The notes under the pieces are model-generated. The model did not search any database. It was not told the origin of the DNA and saw only the letters and a list, made by a program, of their open reading frames with translations. A stretch of DNA of 64,000 nucleotides from positions 64,001 to 128,000 of the IMG/VR virus record IMGVR_UViG_3300028840_006907; one strand, written 5' to 3'. This stretch comes from a virus. A program made the position numbers and the translations under genes. This document shows, piece by piece, positions 63,276-64,000 of the stretch (positions are counted from its first letter, which is position 1; every line of letters begins with the position of its first letter).

Positions 63276-63352
63276 TAAAAACAATAGTTATCAAAAGGTA
63301 ACTATAAGTTCTTTGACATTTCGGTTATTATGAAGTAAGCACATATTTATAT

Positions 63353-63431
63353 GGTGAGCGTAGCTTAACTTGGTTAGAGCACTGGATTGTGGTTCCAGGA
63401 GTTGGGGATTCGAGTTCCCTCGCTCACCCCA
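63353..63431 (+). tRNA. tRNA-His(GTG) with encoded G-1
   Basis: G-1 plus acceptor GTGAGCG/CGCTCAC, discriminator C, anticodon loop TTGTGGT, CCA encoded. Confidence 0.9.
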
Positions 63432-63459
63432 TAAATTTTCATTTTATATAGAATGAAAC

Positions 63460-63549
63460 GAGTAGGAGGTCAGATAGTGGTTGGCTGCACCGGACTGTAA
63501 ATCCGGATCTCGTAAAGGGACGCTGGGGGTTCGACGCCCTCCCTACTCA
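63460..63549 (+). tRNA. tRNA-Tyr(GTA), type II
   Basis: Acceptor GAGTAGG/CCTACTC, anticodon loop CTGTAAA, long variable arm. Confidence 0.85.
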
Positions 63550-63563
63550 TTTGTCAATTTTAT

Positions 63564-63649
63564 GGAGAGCAACCGAATGGTTAGGAGGCGGTTTCGAAAA
63601 CCGTTAAGGCTGAAAGGCTAACTAAGTTCGATTCTTAGGCTCTCCGCCA
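63564..63649 (+). tRNA. tRNA-Ser(CGA), type II
   Basis: Acceptor GGAGAGC/GCTCTCC, anticodon loop TTCGAAA, long variable arm, CCA encoded. Confidence 0.85.
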
Positions 63650-63985
63650 TTAACAAACAGATTTTAAAAAAGATGATGCTACTCTTTTAATTGCTTCTTT
63701 ATCGGCGTTTTCCATTTGATTAACAATTTTTTTGGCCCAGGTATATCCAGAATCACCTCCCCAAACAAGCCATGCTACATAACCTTTATCTTTCCATGGT
63801 TCATTTTTATATTCTGGGTTTATCTTTTTATTCTTTTGATGACGGTCGAAGAAAGCTTTCATTCTTTTGACTGTTTTGGGAGATAAAATATCTCTGTTTT
63901 TAAGATTAACAGCTCTTTGAACACCAGACCCAACACCTTCTGCTTTTGCCTGTTCAACTGTTAGTCCTCCTTTACCACCGGCCAT
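63650..63985 (-). CDS. hypothetical protein
   Basis: ORF track; Trp/Lys-rich. Confidence 0.55.
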   Translation of the reverse strand: MAGGKGGLTVEQAKAEGVGSGVQRAVNLKNRDILSPKTVKRMKAFFDRHQKNKKINPEYKNEPWKDKGYVAWLVWGGDSGYTWAKKIVNQMENADKEAIKRVASSFLKSVC

Positions 63986-64000
63986 TCTTCTATATCTTAA

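Noticed and set aside
62823-63284. ORFs 62823..63032 (-), 62896..63078 (+) and 63081..63284 (-).
   Set aside because: They cover the RNase P RNA-like gene and tRNA genes. The conserved RNA motifs and helices explain this region better than coding does.
1-64000. Alternative genetic code (stop-codon reassignment), as seen in some huge phages.
   Set aside because: Long ORFs, including 1514, 743, 697 and 647 aa, are uninterrupted under the standard code. TAA, TAG and TGA all occur as sensible gene ends, and coding density is already near-complete. Only the ambiguous CTA-containing loop at 63069-63176 keeps this idea marginally alive.

Overview
The window is visibly AT-rich and extremely gene-dense. 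It reads like a fragment of a huge (jumbo/mega) bacteriophage or a comparable large mobile genome. Most genes are small unknown ORFs arranged in long co-directional blocks.

Recognisable protein genes:
- Sugar, nucleotide and modification enzymes: GT2 glycosyltransferase, two radical-SAM enzymes (one interrupted by a LAGLIDADG intein), a methyltransferase, a sulfotransferase, RmlA, RmlB, two NUDIX hydrolases, a deoxynucleotidase, and a nucleoside-hydrolase-like protein.
- An amidase-type lysin candidate.
- A sigma-factor-like protein.
- Two HNH endonucleases.

Translation-RNA toolkit:
- 24 tRNAs plus one aberrant 108-nt tRNA-like gene, in four clusters.
- A tmRNA.
- A ~206-nt RNase P RNA-like gene embedded in a tRNA cluster.

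Centrepiece (12.0-22.7 kb, minus strand):
- A type I-E-like Cascade operon: cas8e carrying a fused Cas11/Cse2-like C-terminus, then cas7e, cas5e and cas6e.
- The operon is followed by an SF2 DExH helicase with no HD nuclease domain. No cas1, cas2 or canonical cas3 is present in the window.
- The operon is flanked by two CRISPR arrays that share a conserved leader.
- The larger array (~3 kb, about 55 units by manual count) has extraordinarily heterogeneous repeats whose hairpin stems co-vary. I consider this, together with the nuclease-less, adaptation-less Cascade plus helicase module, the most unusual system here.

Limits: all calls come from manual reading of motifs and base pairing. No database search or covariance model was run.
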